DNA of 64,000 nucleotides, taken from an uncultured Candidatus Actinomarina sp. (lineage in GTDB: Bacteria > Actinomycetota > Acidimicrobiia > Actinomarinales > Actinomarinaceae). The stretch's first letter is position 1. Every line of letters starts with the position of its first letter. The notes under the pieces were generated by a model that was not told the DNA's origin, made no database searches, and worked only from the letters and a program-made list of their open reading frames with translations. A program made the translations under genes and the position numbers. Below are positions 1 to 9,833 of the stretch, in pieces. Location of the stretch: assembly GCA_902582695.1 (NCBI GenBank), contig CACHTH010000006.1, positions 929 to 64,928 on the forward strand. The letters run 5' to 3'.

Positions 1-142
1 AAAAAATTAAGGAAATTTTTATTTTTATATTAAGCACTAGTCAATTATATGAATATTGACCATATAATTTTCAATAATAAATAAATAAATCAGTAAAAAT
101 TTGAATAACAATATTTTGAACTTGATTTGTATTCATATTTTT

Positions 143-1753
143 TTATTTATTTAAATCTATCCATCTATTCATTAAAATTTCATTTAAAACCATCATTACA
201 GCTTGTGGATTACCCCATGGAGCAGTAGGCATAATTGATGCATCTGAAACTTTAATTCTTGTATCTTTTAAAACCTCTCCGTTCAATCCTATATCTTTGT
301 TGTCTCCAATTGGCAAAGAACCAAAAATATGAACCGTAGTCATTGGTGATAATCCTTTTTCAGGCCAAACTTTATTCACAGATGTTGAACGAAGTAAATT
401 TTTTAAAATTTCAAAGCCTTCTTTTATCTTTTCTCTATCTTTTTTTGATATATATGCAAATGGTATGAGTGTTCCATTAAAATTTAACAATCTTCCATAG
501 GAATTATCAAGGACAGTACTGCTAAAATAACTTACTAATTGTGAAGGATTTGGTATATTATCAAATTTACCTAAAGAAGCTAAAGTTGCCTTTACAAAAG
601 GAAATGTTGATACCGAATATCCAAATTTAAACCTATTATCATTAGTCCATGATTGATATGGAGGAAACAGATCACCGTGATTCACGTTTGAACCATAGTC
701 AACAACGCAACGGGTCATGGGGTGAAAATCAAATTTTATAGAATCTTTTAGCAACCCTGAATTTTTTAAAATTTTTGGTGTTCCTATTGTTCCTGCTGAC
801 AAGACAATTTTTTTTGAACGGTAGTTTAAAACTTTATTTCCTTTTTGAGATACAACTGTTATAAATTCATCACTTGGTTCTAGTTTTACGACTTCAGTTT
901 GTGTAACTATTTCTAATCCAAGTTCTTCAGCATGTTTCAAATATGAGGCCTGCATGCTTTTATGTTCCTCAACTGGACTGTATTCCCTCCACCTTGGTAT
1001 CTCTTCACATATAAGTCCAAGATTTTTTGACCCTGAAATTAATGCAGACTTTAAACCATTAAATGAACCTTCGGGTGCAAGTTGAACACTTATTAGTTTT
1101 TCAACTTTTTTTTCAACTGAATTCCATTCTTCATGAGTAATGTTACTTTTTTTTAGTAATTTACTTTTGTATGGTTCTGTAAGTTTAAAATAAAGACCAC
1201 TATTCACTTCACTGCCACCTCCATAAGTAGAACCTTCAGCAAAAAGCATTGGTATATTTCCATAACAAAAATTCATTCCCTGTTTGTAAAACTGAAGATT
1301 TGTTTGGGCTAAAGAATGGTGTTCAATTTTATCTGGGTCGTATGCATTTCCTGCTTCTACAATCAAAACTTTTTCATTATTTTCAATTAAACGTAGAGCA
1401 GCAATTGCACCTCCCGGACCGCTTCCTATGACTATCGTGTCATACATTTCAGATATATCAGTCATGTTATCTTTAAAATTGGGTGTTGTATCTTCGAAAT
1501 TTGTATCTGATTCAAAAACTAAAATTACTACACCGGCTAAAAATTTGTATAAAATTAATTTTTTATAAAGGTTACTAAACAGAAATGTTTTATTAAAAAT
1601 ATTGCCAAAAATCAAATATAAGTAAAGGACATATTTTAAGATTCCAGTTTGCTTGATTCTTTCTAAAGTAAGTAGGCACTTTTTCTTATCTAGTTGATAA
1701 CCTAAATCTTTGATTACATAATGAATCAGTTTAAATTTAATTTTTCTTTTCAT
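143..1753 (-). CDS. GMC-family FAD-dependent oxidoreductase with hydrophobic N-terminal extension
   Basis: FAD GxGxxG motif (IVIGSGPGGAIAALRL) and GMC-type C-terminal block (SDASIMPTAPWGNPQAVMM). The first ~95 aa are hydrophobic, so the true start could be internal (MTDISEMYD). Confidence 0.6.
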   Translation of the reverse strand: MKRKIKFKLIHYVIKDLGYQLDKKKCLLTLERIKQTGILKYVLYLYLIFGNIFNKTFLFSNLYKKLILYKFLAGVVILVFESDTNFEDTTPNFKDNMTDISEMYDTIVIGSGPGGAIAALRLIENNEKVLIVEAGNAYDPDKIEHHSLAQTNLQFYKQGMNFCYGNIPMLFAEGSTYGGGSEVNSGLYFKLTEPYKSKLLKKSNITHEEWNSVEKKVEKLISVQLAPEGSFNGLKSALISGSKNLGLICEEIPRWREYSPVEEHKSMQASYLKHAEELGLEIVTQTEVVKLEPSDEFITVVSQKGNKVLNYRSKKIVLSAGTIGTPKILKNSGLLKDSIKFDFHPMTRCVVDYGSNVNHGDLFPPYQSWTNDNRFKFGYSVSTFPFVKATLASLGKFDNIPNPSQLVSYFSSTVLDNSYGRLLNFNGTLIPFAYISKKDREKIKEGFEILKNLLRSTSVNKVWPEKGLSPMTTVHIFGSLPIGDNKDIGLNGEVLKDTRIKVSDASIMPTAPWGNPQAVMMVLNEILMNRWIDLNK

Positions 1754-1825
1754 AATGAAAAAACTCCCATAGCTAATGATATATTTTTTATTGAGTTATA
1801 TTTTTTAAATCATTGATTTAATTGA

Positions 1826-1833
1826 TGTATAAT
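1826..1833 (+). promoter_or_regulatory. candidate -10 element TGTATAAT, 13 nt before ATG 1847
   Basis: TG-flanked TATAAT with no Shine-Dalgarno motif downstream. The -35 element is weak. Confidence 0.25.
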
Positions 1834-1846
1834 GAACTGACTTATT

Positions 1847-2515
1847 ATGGACGTAATTTTACCCGCAGCTGGATTAGCAAAGAGAATGAAAGGTGTTCCA
1901 AAATTTTTGTTACCTGCAAATGATGAGTATGAAACTTTATTAGAAATTCATTTAAAAAATTTAGTAAATAAATGCGAAAATATTTATTTACCTACTAGAC
2001 CGGATTTGGTACCAATAATAAATTCTTTAGATTTTGATTTTAGAAATTTAAAAATAATTGAAATGGTAACAAATACAATGTCTGAGACAGTTATGAATAC
2101 TGTCGAATCTACAAATTCAGAATATTACACACTTATTATGCCGGATACTTATTTTCATGGGCAACAACCCTATGATGAGCTTCTTGAGTCAAATAATTTT
2201 TGTAAGCTTGCATGTTGGCAAATACGGGAAGACCAAAGAGGAAAGCTTGGAGAAGTCGAAATCAATGATTCAAATCAAGTGACTAAAATGGTCGACAAGG
2301 TTCCTAATAACGGATTTGAATACGCCTGGGGTGCACTAAGTTTTTCGTTACAACTTAAAGAGTATATTGATATCGCAGATCCTCATATAGGGTATGCAGT
2401 AAAAAATTCAATTGAAAATAATGAAATAGTCGAAGCTTTTAGGTTAAAAGGACAATATTTTGACTGTGGAACACCTAAAGAATATGTAAATCTGTTGAAG
2501 GAAACAATATTATAA
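1847..2515 (+). CDS. sugar-phosphate nucleotidyltransferase (NTP_transferase fold)
   Basis: N-terminal MDVILPAAGLAKRMKGVPKFLLP matches the glycine-rich nucleotidyltransferase signature. 222 aa. Confidence 0.6.
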   Translation: MDVILPAAGLAKRMKGVPKFLLPANDEYETLLEIHLKNLVNKCENIYLPTRPDLVPIINSLDFDFRNLKIIEMVTNTMSETVMNTVESTNSEYYTLIMPDTYFHGQQPYDELLESNNFCKLACWQIREDQRGKLGEVEINDSNQVTKMVDKVPNNGFEYAWGALSFSLQLKEYIDIADPHIGYAVKNSIENNEIVEAFRLKGQYFDCGTPKEYVNLLKETIL

Positions 2516-3219
2516 ATTTTCAAATTATTGTACCTTTTTATAATGACAAAGATAATTTTAAAAAATTTGTCGAAATTATTGACTCTAGCGCTGTTCCAGA
2601 AAATTCTTTTATTCTCTTAGACAATGGTTCAGATAATAACTATATGGATGAATTTTTTTCAAACATAGAAAATCCTTCAAACAAATGGAAAGTGGTTAGG
2701 TCTACAAATAATTTAGGTTACGGTGGTGGAATTGTTTTTGCTTCTGGTTTTGTAGAAAAGGAGTTCGTTGTATGGATGCCGGGAAATATGAAAATAGATC
2801 CATTAGATGCTTTTAATTTCGCAAATAGCTTAGATTTGAATAGTCATAATACTTATATAAAGGCAAAAAGGGTTGGGAGACCATTAATTGACTCTTTAAA
2901 AACAAAATTATTTGGAATAATTTCTTCAATTTATTTCAATACATATATATATGATGCGGGCGGAACACCAAATATTGTTCATAAGAGTTTTTTTAAGCTT
3001 CATGAATTGATGCCAAGTGATTTTTCATTCGATGTGTTTGTTTATTACTACTACAAGTTGAACAACTTAGAGATTATCCGACCAAAAATAAATTATACTA
3101 CCCGATTACACGGCACATCTCACTGGCAAAAAGGGTTGATGAGCGAAGTAAGGTTACTTATTAGTATTCTTAAATACAAAAAAGAATGGAGACTAGCTAC
3201 AAAAAATAAGTTTTTTTAA
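2509..3219 (+). CDS. family 2 glycosyltransferase (start upstream of first ATG, probably ATT)
   Basis: The track ORF starts at 2644. The same frame is open from 2479 and encodes a canonical GT2 N-terminus (QIIVPFYNDKDNF...LLDNGSDNN). AAGGA lies at 2498-2502, 6 nt before ATT at 2509. Confidence 0.55.
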   Translation: MINFQIIVPFYNDKDNFKKFVEIIDSSAVPENSFILLDNGSDNNYMDEFFSNIENPSNKWKVVRSTNNLGYGGGIVFASGFVEKEFVVWMPGNMKIDPLDAFNFANSLDLNSHNTYIKAKRVGRPLIDSLKTKLFGIISSIYFNTYIYDAGGTPNIVHKSFFKLHELMPSDFSFDVFVYYYYKLNNLEIIRPKINYTTRLHGTSHWQKGLMSEVRLLISILKYKKEWRLATKNKFF

Positions 3220-3911
3220 ATTTTTTTATCAAGCCATCTTACAAGTGGGCCTGAAATTTTAGCAATATTTGTAAAGAATATTGAGATTGGAGGAATATAA
3301 TAATTTCCTCCAGTATTTTTTTTTGATACAATTTTTGTAATTTTATTTGGATTTGTTCTCAAAAAACTTGGTTTTCTATTTTCATTAAGTTTTGAATCAA
3401 CATGTGCTGGTTTCCAAACATATAGTTTATTTCTATATTTATCAATTTCTTTGGTATTTTCTATAAGTAATTCTAAAAAATTTTTGGAAACTGAATACGA
3501 AAAAACACTTGGTCTAATAAAGTCTCCTAAAATACTTGAAACAACATGTATTTCTATAATATTTTTATTATTAATAAATTCTTCTAACAGCTCAAGAGTT
3601 TTAAATGTATTCACATTTAAATGAAATTGTAAATTTTCAATTAAACGATCTGATTTTTCTTCTTTTAAAACACCGAAACTAATGATTAAAATTTTTTTTG
3701 TATCTTTGTTCCCATTATCAATATAATTTTTTGAATCTATGTAGTCTGAAACTTTAATGATATTTTCAGATGTATTTCCTTCATAATTATTTCTAACAAA
3801 TGAAAAAGTTTCAATGTTTTTATTAACATGTCGTTTCTGTACACCCTTCAGTATTGCATTTCCAATTACCGAGTTTCCTCCAAGCAAGTAAATTTTTAGA
3901 TTATTATCCAT
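3216..3911 (-). CDS. short-chain dehydrogenase/reductase (SDR)
   Basis: N-terminal Rossmann motif LLGGNSVIGNAI and a YxxxK catalytic motif (YSVSK). Confidence 0.55.
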   Translation of the reverse strand: MDNNLKIYLLGGNSVIGNAILKGVQKRHVNKNIETFSFVRNNYEGNTSENIIKVSDYIDSKNYIDNGNKDTKKILIISFGVLKEEKSDRLIENLQFHLNVNTFKTLELLEEFINNKNIIEIHVVSSILGDFIRPSVFSYSVSKNFLELLIENTKEIDKYRNKLYVWKPAHVDSKLNENRKPSFLRTNPNKITKIVSKKNTGGNYYIPPISIFFTNIAKISGPLVRWLDKKI

Positions 3912-4019
3912 TCTTTACAACTGTAATACGAATAAATCATATTTTGATATAAATTAAACATTTAATCTCTTAATGAAGATATGAGTTAATTTTGTAATAT
4001 TTTTAGTTATCATTAATTT

Positions 4020-4967
4020 ATGTCTTTAAATATCTTAATAACAGGTTCGTCTGGATTTTTAGGATTTCAACTGTGTAAGATTTTATCCAAAACACCAAAT
4101 AAAGTCACTGCAATTGATATTAAAGAGTCTAAAGAAAAGTTCGAAAATATTAAATATATAGAATCATCTATTAATGATTTTATTGATGATGAAAAGACTT
4201 CCCTAAAAAGCTTTGATCTAATTATTCATGCAGCATCAGTTCTACCATTTAAATCTAACAAAGAAATGCTGATTGAGACAAATGTAAATACAACTCTTAA
4301 CTTAATTAAGAATGTTGCAAATTGTACAAATACTTTTCTTGTTTATGTAAGTTCAAGTGGTGTTTATGGAAAGCCAGATCACATTCCTGTGACTCAAGAA
4401 ACAAAATTCAATCCGTTAGATTTATATGCTGAAACAAAAATAACTTCTGAAAATAATTTGAAACAATACTTAAATAACAATCTCTATTCAGTTGTTAGAC
4501 CAAGAACAATTTTAGGTAAAAACAGAAAAGGTATTTTTGAAATATTTTTTAATCTTATTAAATTTAATATTCCAATACCTTTACCAAATAAAGGCATACA
4601 AAAAATTCAATTTGTAGAAGTTGAGGACTTAGCAAGATTAATAATTCACATAGGAACCAACAGGATTTCAGGAGATTGGCCTGCTGGTGCTCCAAACCCT
4701 CAATCTTTAATTAACCATCTAGAAGTTCTTGGTAAAAAACTTAACAAAAGAATTATAACTATCAACATAAACCCCAAGATATTTATCTTCTTTGGTAATG
4801 TTTTGATTAAATTAAAGTTAATTAATTTTACAAAATGGCATTTTGGATCTTTTCCATATGATTTTTATTTTGACAGTAATTGGAACCCAGATGATTTTAC
4901 TTACTTATCAGATTGTGAAAATACGTTTTTAAAAAGCGCTGAAACTTTCTTCAATGTTGAGTTTTAA
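4020..4967 (+). CDS. NAD-dependent sugar epimerase/dehydratase
   Basis: ILITGSSGFLGFQL Rossmann motif and YAETK (YxxxK). 315 aa, typical extended SDR. Confidence 0.7.
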   Translation: MSLNILITGSSGFLGFQLCKILSKTPNKVTAIDIKESKEKFENIKYIESSINDFIDDEKTSLKSFDLIIHAASVLPFKSNKEMLIETNVNTTLNLIKNVANCTNTFLVYVSSSGVYGKPDHIPVTQETKFNPLDLYAETKITSENNLKQYLNNNLYSVVRPRTILGKNRKGIFEIFFNLIKFNIPIPLPNKGIQKIQFVEVEDLARLIIHIGTNRISGDWPAGAPNPQSLINHLEVLGKKLNKRIITININPKIFIFFGNVLIKLKLINFTKWHFGSFPYDFYFDSNWNPDDFTYLSDCENTFLKSAETFFNVEF

Positions 4968-4986
4968 TTTTTAATTGTAAAAATGT

Positions 4987-5913
4987 TTGAGTATTTTAAT
5001 TTTTGAAAACAAAAAATATGTAAGTATATATTATTATCTCATGCCAACAAACTATTTACTTGCTATTGCAAGCTATGAAATAAAGTGGAAGCAAGATTTT
5101 TTTGATAATGTAGTTTCAAAAAGAAACAAAGAATATTGTAATATTCACGACTTAGAATATATTGAAATTACAGATGGTGTTCACCCTGTTAGAGGTCAGT
5201 ATTTTTGGTATAAAAGTTTTAAACAAGAAGAGATTTTAAATAATTTATTAGAAGATGGAGATGGTTTAATTTTTATTGATGCCGATGCTTTGATAGTTGA
5301 TACTTCAAAAAACCTTTTACCTCCGAATGGAAAGGATTATGCATATGCTATCGATACTGGAAATACACACTGTACTGGTTTTTTTTCATTAATTAAAACG
5401 CCCTGGACTGAAGAAATGTTCAGTTTAATAAATAGTCAGAAAAGATACGATGCGTTAATCAATGAAACAAGTTTTCATGAAGGAAAGAAAATTGAAAATA
5501 GCTTCTGGCAGGAATTTGCTGAACAAGCTTCCTGGTACTCATTAACTGGCATAAAAAGACACTCAAATACATCATTTTTTAATCTTTCTAATAATGGATT
5601 TCATAGTGCCAAAAATGAATGGACTCATTATTCTCTTGAGGATCTAGATAAACATGTGCATATATTTCCACCCGAATATAACGTTACAGAGCTACATGGA
5701 GAGTCTGTTTGTTTAAATTATATAAATAAAGTTAAATATAAGAATGTTGTTATAAGGCATTTTTCTGGAGGACAAAAGTGGAGAGAAATCTGGACTGATA
5801 CTACATCTATAGCTTTCAAAATACACAAAATAAATTTTTTTAAATACATAAATTTCTATAAACTTAAAATATTTTTTCAAAAAGTTAAAGGATTTATTAA
5901 ATCTAAATTTTAA
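4987..5913 (+). CDS. hypothetical protein, possible GT-A fold glycosyltransferase
   Basis: DxD-like block LIFIDADALIVD. The TTG start is uncertain; an alternative ATG lies at 5041. Confidence 0.35.
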   Translation: MSILIFENKKYVSIYYYLMPTNYLLAIASYEIKWKQDFFDNVVSKRNKEYCNIHDLEYIEITDGVHPVRGQYFWYKSFKQEEILNNLLEDGDGLIFIDADALIVDTSKNLLPPNGKDYAYAIDTGNTHCTGFFSLIKTPWTEEMFSLINSQKRYDALINETSFHEGKKIENSFWQEFAEQASWYSLTGIKRHSNTSFFNLSNNGFHSAKNEWTHYSLEDLDKHVHIFPPEYNVTELHGESVCLNYINKVKYKNVVIRHFSGGQKWREIWTDTTSIAFKIHKINFFKYINFYKLKIFFQKVKGFIKSKF

Positions 5914-6661
5914 AAATTGTTTTTATAAATTTTTTGGGATAAAATATTTTTTTCAAATTTAAATATAAATTCGAAATTACAATTTTGTTAGTTAGTTGTT
6001 TTATGGTACTTTTCTTGTAATTTTTGTTCGTTTTTTGAATGTATAAAGCGTCTCCGTAATACTTAAAAGGGTCTATATTTGTATAAATCCTTTCAAATCC
6101 AAATTCGCTTAAGTAGATATCTATATCTGACACTAGAGCATTATTTTTATATAAATATTTGGTATTTATTTCCGAAAAAATATACTTTACACGATTTAAT
6201 TTATTTCCAAAACCTTTAATTACTTCTAGCTCAAGACCTTGAACGTCTATAGTCAACAAATCTAGAGCATCTATATTTAGGGAATCAAATCTTTTAATCT
6301 CAATCTCTTCAGATTCATCAAATTTTATATTTGGCTGAACGGATAGATGCAATTCGGGTTGTAAAACTGATGAACTTTTCCCTTCGTTTTCCATTGATTT
6401 ATATATTGTTTTTTTTTCGTTAAATGATCCTAAGCCAAAGTTAAAACAATTAACATTATCCAAACCTTTAGTATTAAGCAAAAGCTGATTAAATATACTT
6501 TGCTGGGGCTCAAATAGTATAATTTTTTTTAAATTGTAATTATTGTAATCTTCAACCTCTTGACCAAGATGAGCACCTACATGAATTACCCCATTTATAT
6601 CATCAGAAAATTTATTTAAAAAGTAAGGAGTCATTAGTAAAATTTTAACACTTGAAAACAA
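5903..6661 (-). CDS. FkbM-family SAM-dependent methyltransferase
   Basis: VIHVGAHLGQE and LTIDVQGLELEVIKG blocks, typical of FkbM-type methyltransferases. Confidence 0.65.
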   Translation of the reverse strand: MFSSVKILLMTPYFLNKFSDDINGVIHVGAHLGQEVEDYNNYNLKKIILFEPQQSIFNQLLLNTKGLDNVNCFNFGLGSFNEKKTIYKSMENEGKSSSVLQPELHLSVQPNIKFDESEEIEIKRFDSLNIDALDLLTIDVQGLELEVIKGFGNKLNRVKYIFSEINTKYLYKNNALVSDIDIYLSEFGFERIYTNIDPFKYYGDALYIQKTNKNYKKSTIKQLTNKIVISNLYLNLKKIFYPKKFIKTIFKI

Positions 6662-6684
6662 ATAAATTAGATTAGGATTAATTT

Positions 6685-7536
6685 ATGAAGATTGGCTTCG
6701 TAGATTTTTGGACAGGGTTTAATCCCAAAAACAATTTTTTCTTCCACTCCATAAATAAATTGGGCATAAAGTTCAAAATTGTTAAGCCGAAAAAAGCAGA
6801 TATATTATTTTTTAGTTGCTTTGGAAATCAAAACTTAGAATATACAGATGTAAGAAAGATATTTTTTCTTTCTGAAGATTTTAATTTAGAAAATTTTAAT
6901 TTTGATTATTCTATTTCACATGTACCAACTTCGGTGGAAAGCTCTTCAAATTTTAGATTGCCACTTTGGAAAATGTATTTAGATTGGTTTGGTGTAACTA
7001 CTTATACAAATCCAGAATATTTAATTCCCCTTGAATATATTGACAAAAAAAATGAATTTAACAAAATTCCTAAAAATGAATTTTGTTCTATAGTTTATTC
7101 CTCTGAGTATTTCTTTAGAGACAAATACATAGACCTAGTTTCAACTTACAAAGGTGTTGATGTATTTGGAAAAAATAAATATGGAAATTTGCTTCCTGAA
7201 GGTGAATACTTTAAATTGGAAAAGCTTTCAAACTATAAATTTTCATTGGCAATGGAAAATGAAATTTCAAGAGGTTATCTTTGTGAGAAATTAATTCATG
7301 CAAAAATAGCCGGCAATATACCCTTATTTTATGGTGACGATTACGCAAAAATAGACTTTAATCCAAATTCATTTATTCATATAACAGATTTTGATGATCA
7401 ATCTTTGTTAGACAGAATTACAGAAATTGACTCCAATAAGTCTGATTACAATAATATATATAATGAACCTTTATTTGATTCAGCACCAGATATAGAAGAT
7501 TTTCTAGAATTTTTAAATGATATATTAAAAAATTAA
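6685..7536 (+). CDS. GT10-family (alpha-1,3/4-fucosyltransferase-like) glycosyltransferase
   Basis: YKFSLAMENEISRGYLCEKLIHAKIAGNIPLFYG matches the GT10 motif (F-x-L-x-x-EN...Y-x-TEK...IP-x-x-x-G). The N-terminal FVDFW block is also typical. Confidence 0.7.
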   Translation: MKIGFVDFWTGFNPKNNFFFHSINKLGIKFKIVKPKKADILFFSCFGNQNLEYTDVRKIFFLSEDFNLENFNFDYSISHVPTSVESSSNFRLPLWKMYLDWFGVTTYTNPEYLIPLEYIDKKNEFNKIPKNEFCSIVYSSEYFFRDKYIDLVSTYKGVDVFGKNKYGNLLPEGEYFKLEKLSNYKFSLAMENEISRGYLCEKLIHAKIAGNIPLFYGDDYAKIDFNPNSFIHITDFDDQSLLDRITEIDSNKSDYNNIYNEPLFDSAPDIEDFLEFLNDILKN

Positions 7537-8888
7537 TTAATAGATGAATTAAATTTTGAAAAAGATTTTAAAAAATAATAAATTAGTTTAAAACCGTCCC
7601 TAAATCTATTTATTTGTGTTTTTCCATAAATTCGAGCCTTATAATGCACGGGGTATTCAGAAATTTTTTCTCCATAATATGCAGCACTAAATAAAAAATC
7701 AAAATCTCCAAATGGATCTAAATTATTTAATTCGTTTCGCCAAGCAATAATTCTATTAACATGTGATCGCCTAAATACTTTTGTACCACATAGTGAATCA
7801 GAAAGTGGATTTCTAATTACTACTGAGACAGCAAGTTTAAAAAACTTATTACCTAATCTATTTAAAAATCTCATTGATCTATTTTCAATTGGATATATTA
7901 GTCTTGTACCATTTACAAAATCTCCATGACCAGACTCAATAATTTCGAAAAAACTTAGAAGCGTCTTTGGTTCAACTGAAATATCAGAATCTAATATAGC
8001 AATTAATTCACCAGTTGTATGCTCTAAAGCTTCAAATACTGCTCCAGCCTTACCTTTGCTCTCCTGTTCAATAACTTTTATTTTTAAATTAGGCTTTTCC
8101 TGAGAAATTTTTTTACTAACATCAAAAGTATTGTCTTTTGATTCTGCACAAATTAAGATTATTTCATTTAAACTATCTAGGTTTGGAAAGTCTTCAAATA
8201 AAATTTCTAGGTTTTTCGATTCGTTTTTAGCAGGAACAATAACTGATTTTGACATTTCTGTTTTTGAAAAAGTGATGTTTGAAAATAAAATATAGCTTTT
8301 AATACCAAGATTAAATTTGAAGAATATAAGTTCTAACACTTTATTTAATACTCTTCCAAGTCCAAATATCTTAAATGGAAAAATTTGTTTTGTATAAAAA
8401 TAATTAAGCTCTAACCCAGTGGATCTTGCTGAGCTAATTATTTTTTTTAATTTTGTATTTGAACTTTTTCTTATTTTCTTTTTAATATTTATAATTTCAG
8501 AAAAGTTAAGAATCCATCGCCATTTAGGGTTAATTGTTGAGATTAAAATTTTTCCACCAATATTTAATTTATCTCTAGTAGCTTTTAGAAGCCTGTATAT
8601 ATCATTACTTACTTCAAATAAGTCCGTAATAATTATTAAATCGTATTTTTTCTCTATTTCAATAATTGATTTAATAACATCGTTTTGATTATTTAATGCT
8701 AGAACATCTAATTTTTCTTTATCTAGAAATAAATTATCTTGGTTGATACATATGTGAAGTGTCTTTTTTTCTACATTTAGAAATCGTTTAATTTCTTGGT
8801 TTTGTCTACTATAGAATTCTTTTGAGCTGATTTTAAAATTCATATAATGAATATTATAAGGAGTAGAATTAGGTTTGTGGTTATGCAA
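7533..8888 (-). CDS. two-domain protein: methyltransferase-like N-terminus fused to GT2 glycosyltransferase
   Basis: The N-terminal half has class I methyltransferase post-motif blocks (YDLIIITDLFE...GGKILIST), but I see no clear GxGxG. The C-terminal half is GT2 (SVIVPAKNESKNLE...ILDSDISVEP). An alternative start lies at 8843. Confidence 0.6.
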   Translation of the reverse strand: MHNHKPNSTPYNIHYMNFKISSKEFYSRQNQEIKRFLNVEKKTLHICINQDNLFLDKEKLDVLALNNQNDVIKSIIEIEKKYDLIIITDLFEVSNDIYRLLKATRDKLNIGGKILISTINPKWRWILNFSEIINIKKKIRKSSNTKLKKIISSARSTGLELNYFYTKQIFPFKIFGLGRVLNKVLELIFFKFNLGIKSYILFSNITFSKTEMSKSVIVPAKNESKNLEILFEDFPNLDSLNEIILICAESKDNTFDVSKKISQEKPNLKIKVIEQESKGKAGAVFEALEHTTGELIAILDSDISVEPKTLLSFFEIIESGHGDFVNGTRLIYPIENRSMRFLNRLGNKFFKLAVSVVIRNPLSDSLCGTKVFRRSHVNRIIAWRNELNNLDPFGDFDFLFSAAYYGEKISEYPVHYKARIYGKTQINRFRDGFKLIYYFLKSFSKFNSSIN

Positions 8889-9833
8889 AACTTAAAAAAT
8901 TTACGAAGGTTTGAACCAAGAATTAGCTTTAAAATCAATAAATTTATACCAACAAGAAATTACTCTTTAACACACTATAAAGGTGATAATTATCGTGATA
9001 TGATTTCTTTTGCTACTAACGTTCAGCAAATTACTTTAGGTGCCTTGTATTGTAAATTTAATAACTATAATTTTTATTCGAAACCACATCCTTACTTTGA
9101 AGATTTCAAAATTATTAATAATAAAATAGGGGATTCTTTTTCTATTTTTAAAAAGAAGTATCGATTCTTTTATTTTGATCGTGCAGAGACAAACTATTAC
9201 AAAAGAAGAGATTTTTTTAGTAATGATGAAAATGATTTCCCAATCAAAGAAAGTGAAAAAGCTAAATATATAGAAAATTTTCATGACTTTAATAAAAATT
9301 TTTTGTACAAGAAATTATCAATTAAACAAAATATGGAAATCGAAGAAAATACACTAGTTATTCACTGTAGATCTGGAAATATATTTTATGGAGATTGGAA
9401 TAGTTTATATACACAAAATTCATTAAATTATTTTTTAAAAATATCGCAAAATTATGAAAAAGTTATCGTTGTAACAGGGAAAGAACACAACAATCCAATT
9501 TTTGAAATTTTAAAAAAAGAAAAAAAATTTGTATTTCAATCAAATAGCTTTATTGAAGATTTTAACACTTTGCTTAACGCAAAAAATTTAGCAACATCTG
9601 GTGTTACAGCTTTTGCAATGACAGCTGCTCTTATGTCTCAAAAATTAACTAATTTTTATCATTCTGATATATATTTGAAAGAGCATTTAAATCCAGAAAT
9701 GCTTAATAAAAATGAGATTAATATCAATTCCTACAAAATACTTGACTACCTAAAACCAGGAGAGTTTGTTAAAAACGAAATAAATTTAAAAAAACTTTTA
9801 AATGATGATATTAGTAAAGTAATTAAAATTTAA
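8847..9833 (+). CDS. hypothetical protein (possible GT11/GT23-like glycosyltransferase)
   Basis: Long ORF. LVIHCRSGNIFYG resembles the HxRRGD motif of alpha-1,2/1,6-fucosyltransferase-type enzymes, but the match is weak. An alternative start lies at 8883. Confidence 0.35.
   Translation: MNIIRSRIRFVVMQNLKNLRRFEPRISFKINKFIPTRNYSLTHYKGDNYRDMISFATNVQQITLGALYCKFNNYNFYSKPHPYFEDFKIINNKIGDSFSIFKKKYRFFYFDRAETNYYKRRDFFSNDENDFPIKESEKAKYIENFHDFNKNFLYKKLSIKQNMEIEENTLVIHCRSGNIFYGDWNSLYTQNSLNYFLKISQNYEKVIVVTGKEHNNPIFEILKKEKKFVFQSNSFIEDFNTLLNAKNLATSGVTAFAMTAALMSQKLTNFYHSDIYLKEHLNPEMLNKNEININSYKILDYLKPGEFVKNEINLKKLLNDDISKVIKI

Noticed and set aside
1-142. Possible gene fragment or regulatory RNA at the left edge
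   Set aside because: It contains only a 21-codon ORF and AT-rich sequence, with no structure I can support.
8843-8888. 42-nt overlap of divergent ORF starts (7533-8888 minus, 8847-9833 plus)
   Set aside because: This is most likely an artefact of choosing the longest ORFs. Internal ATGs at 8843 (minus) and 8883 (plus) remove or reduce the overlap, and it cannot be resolved from sequence alone.
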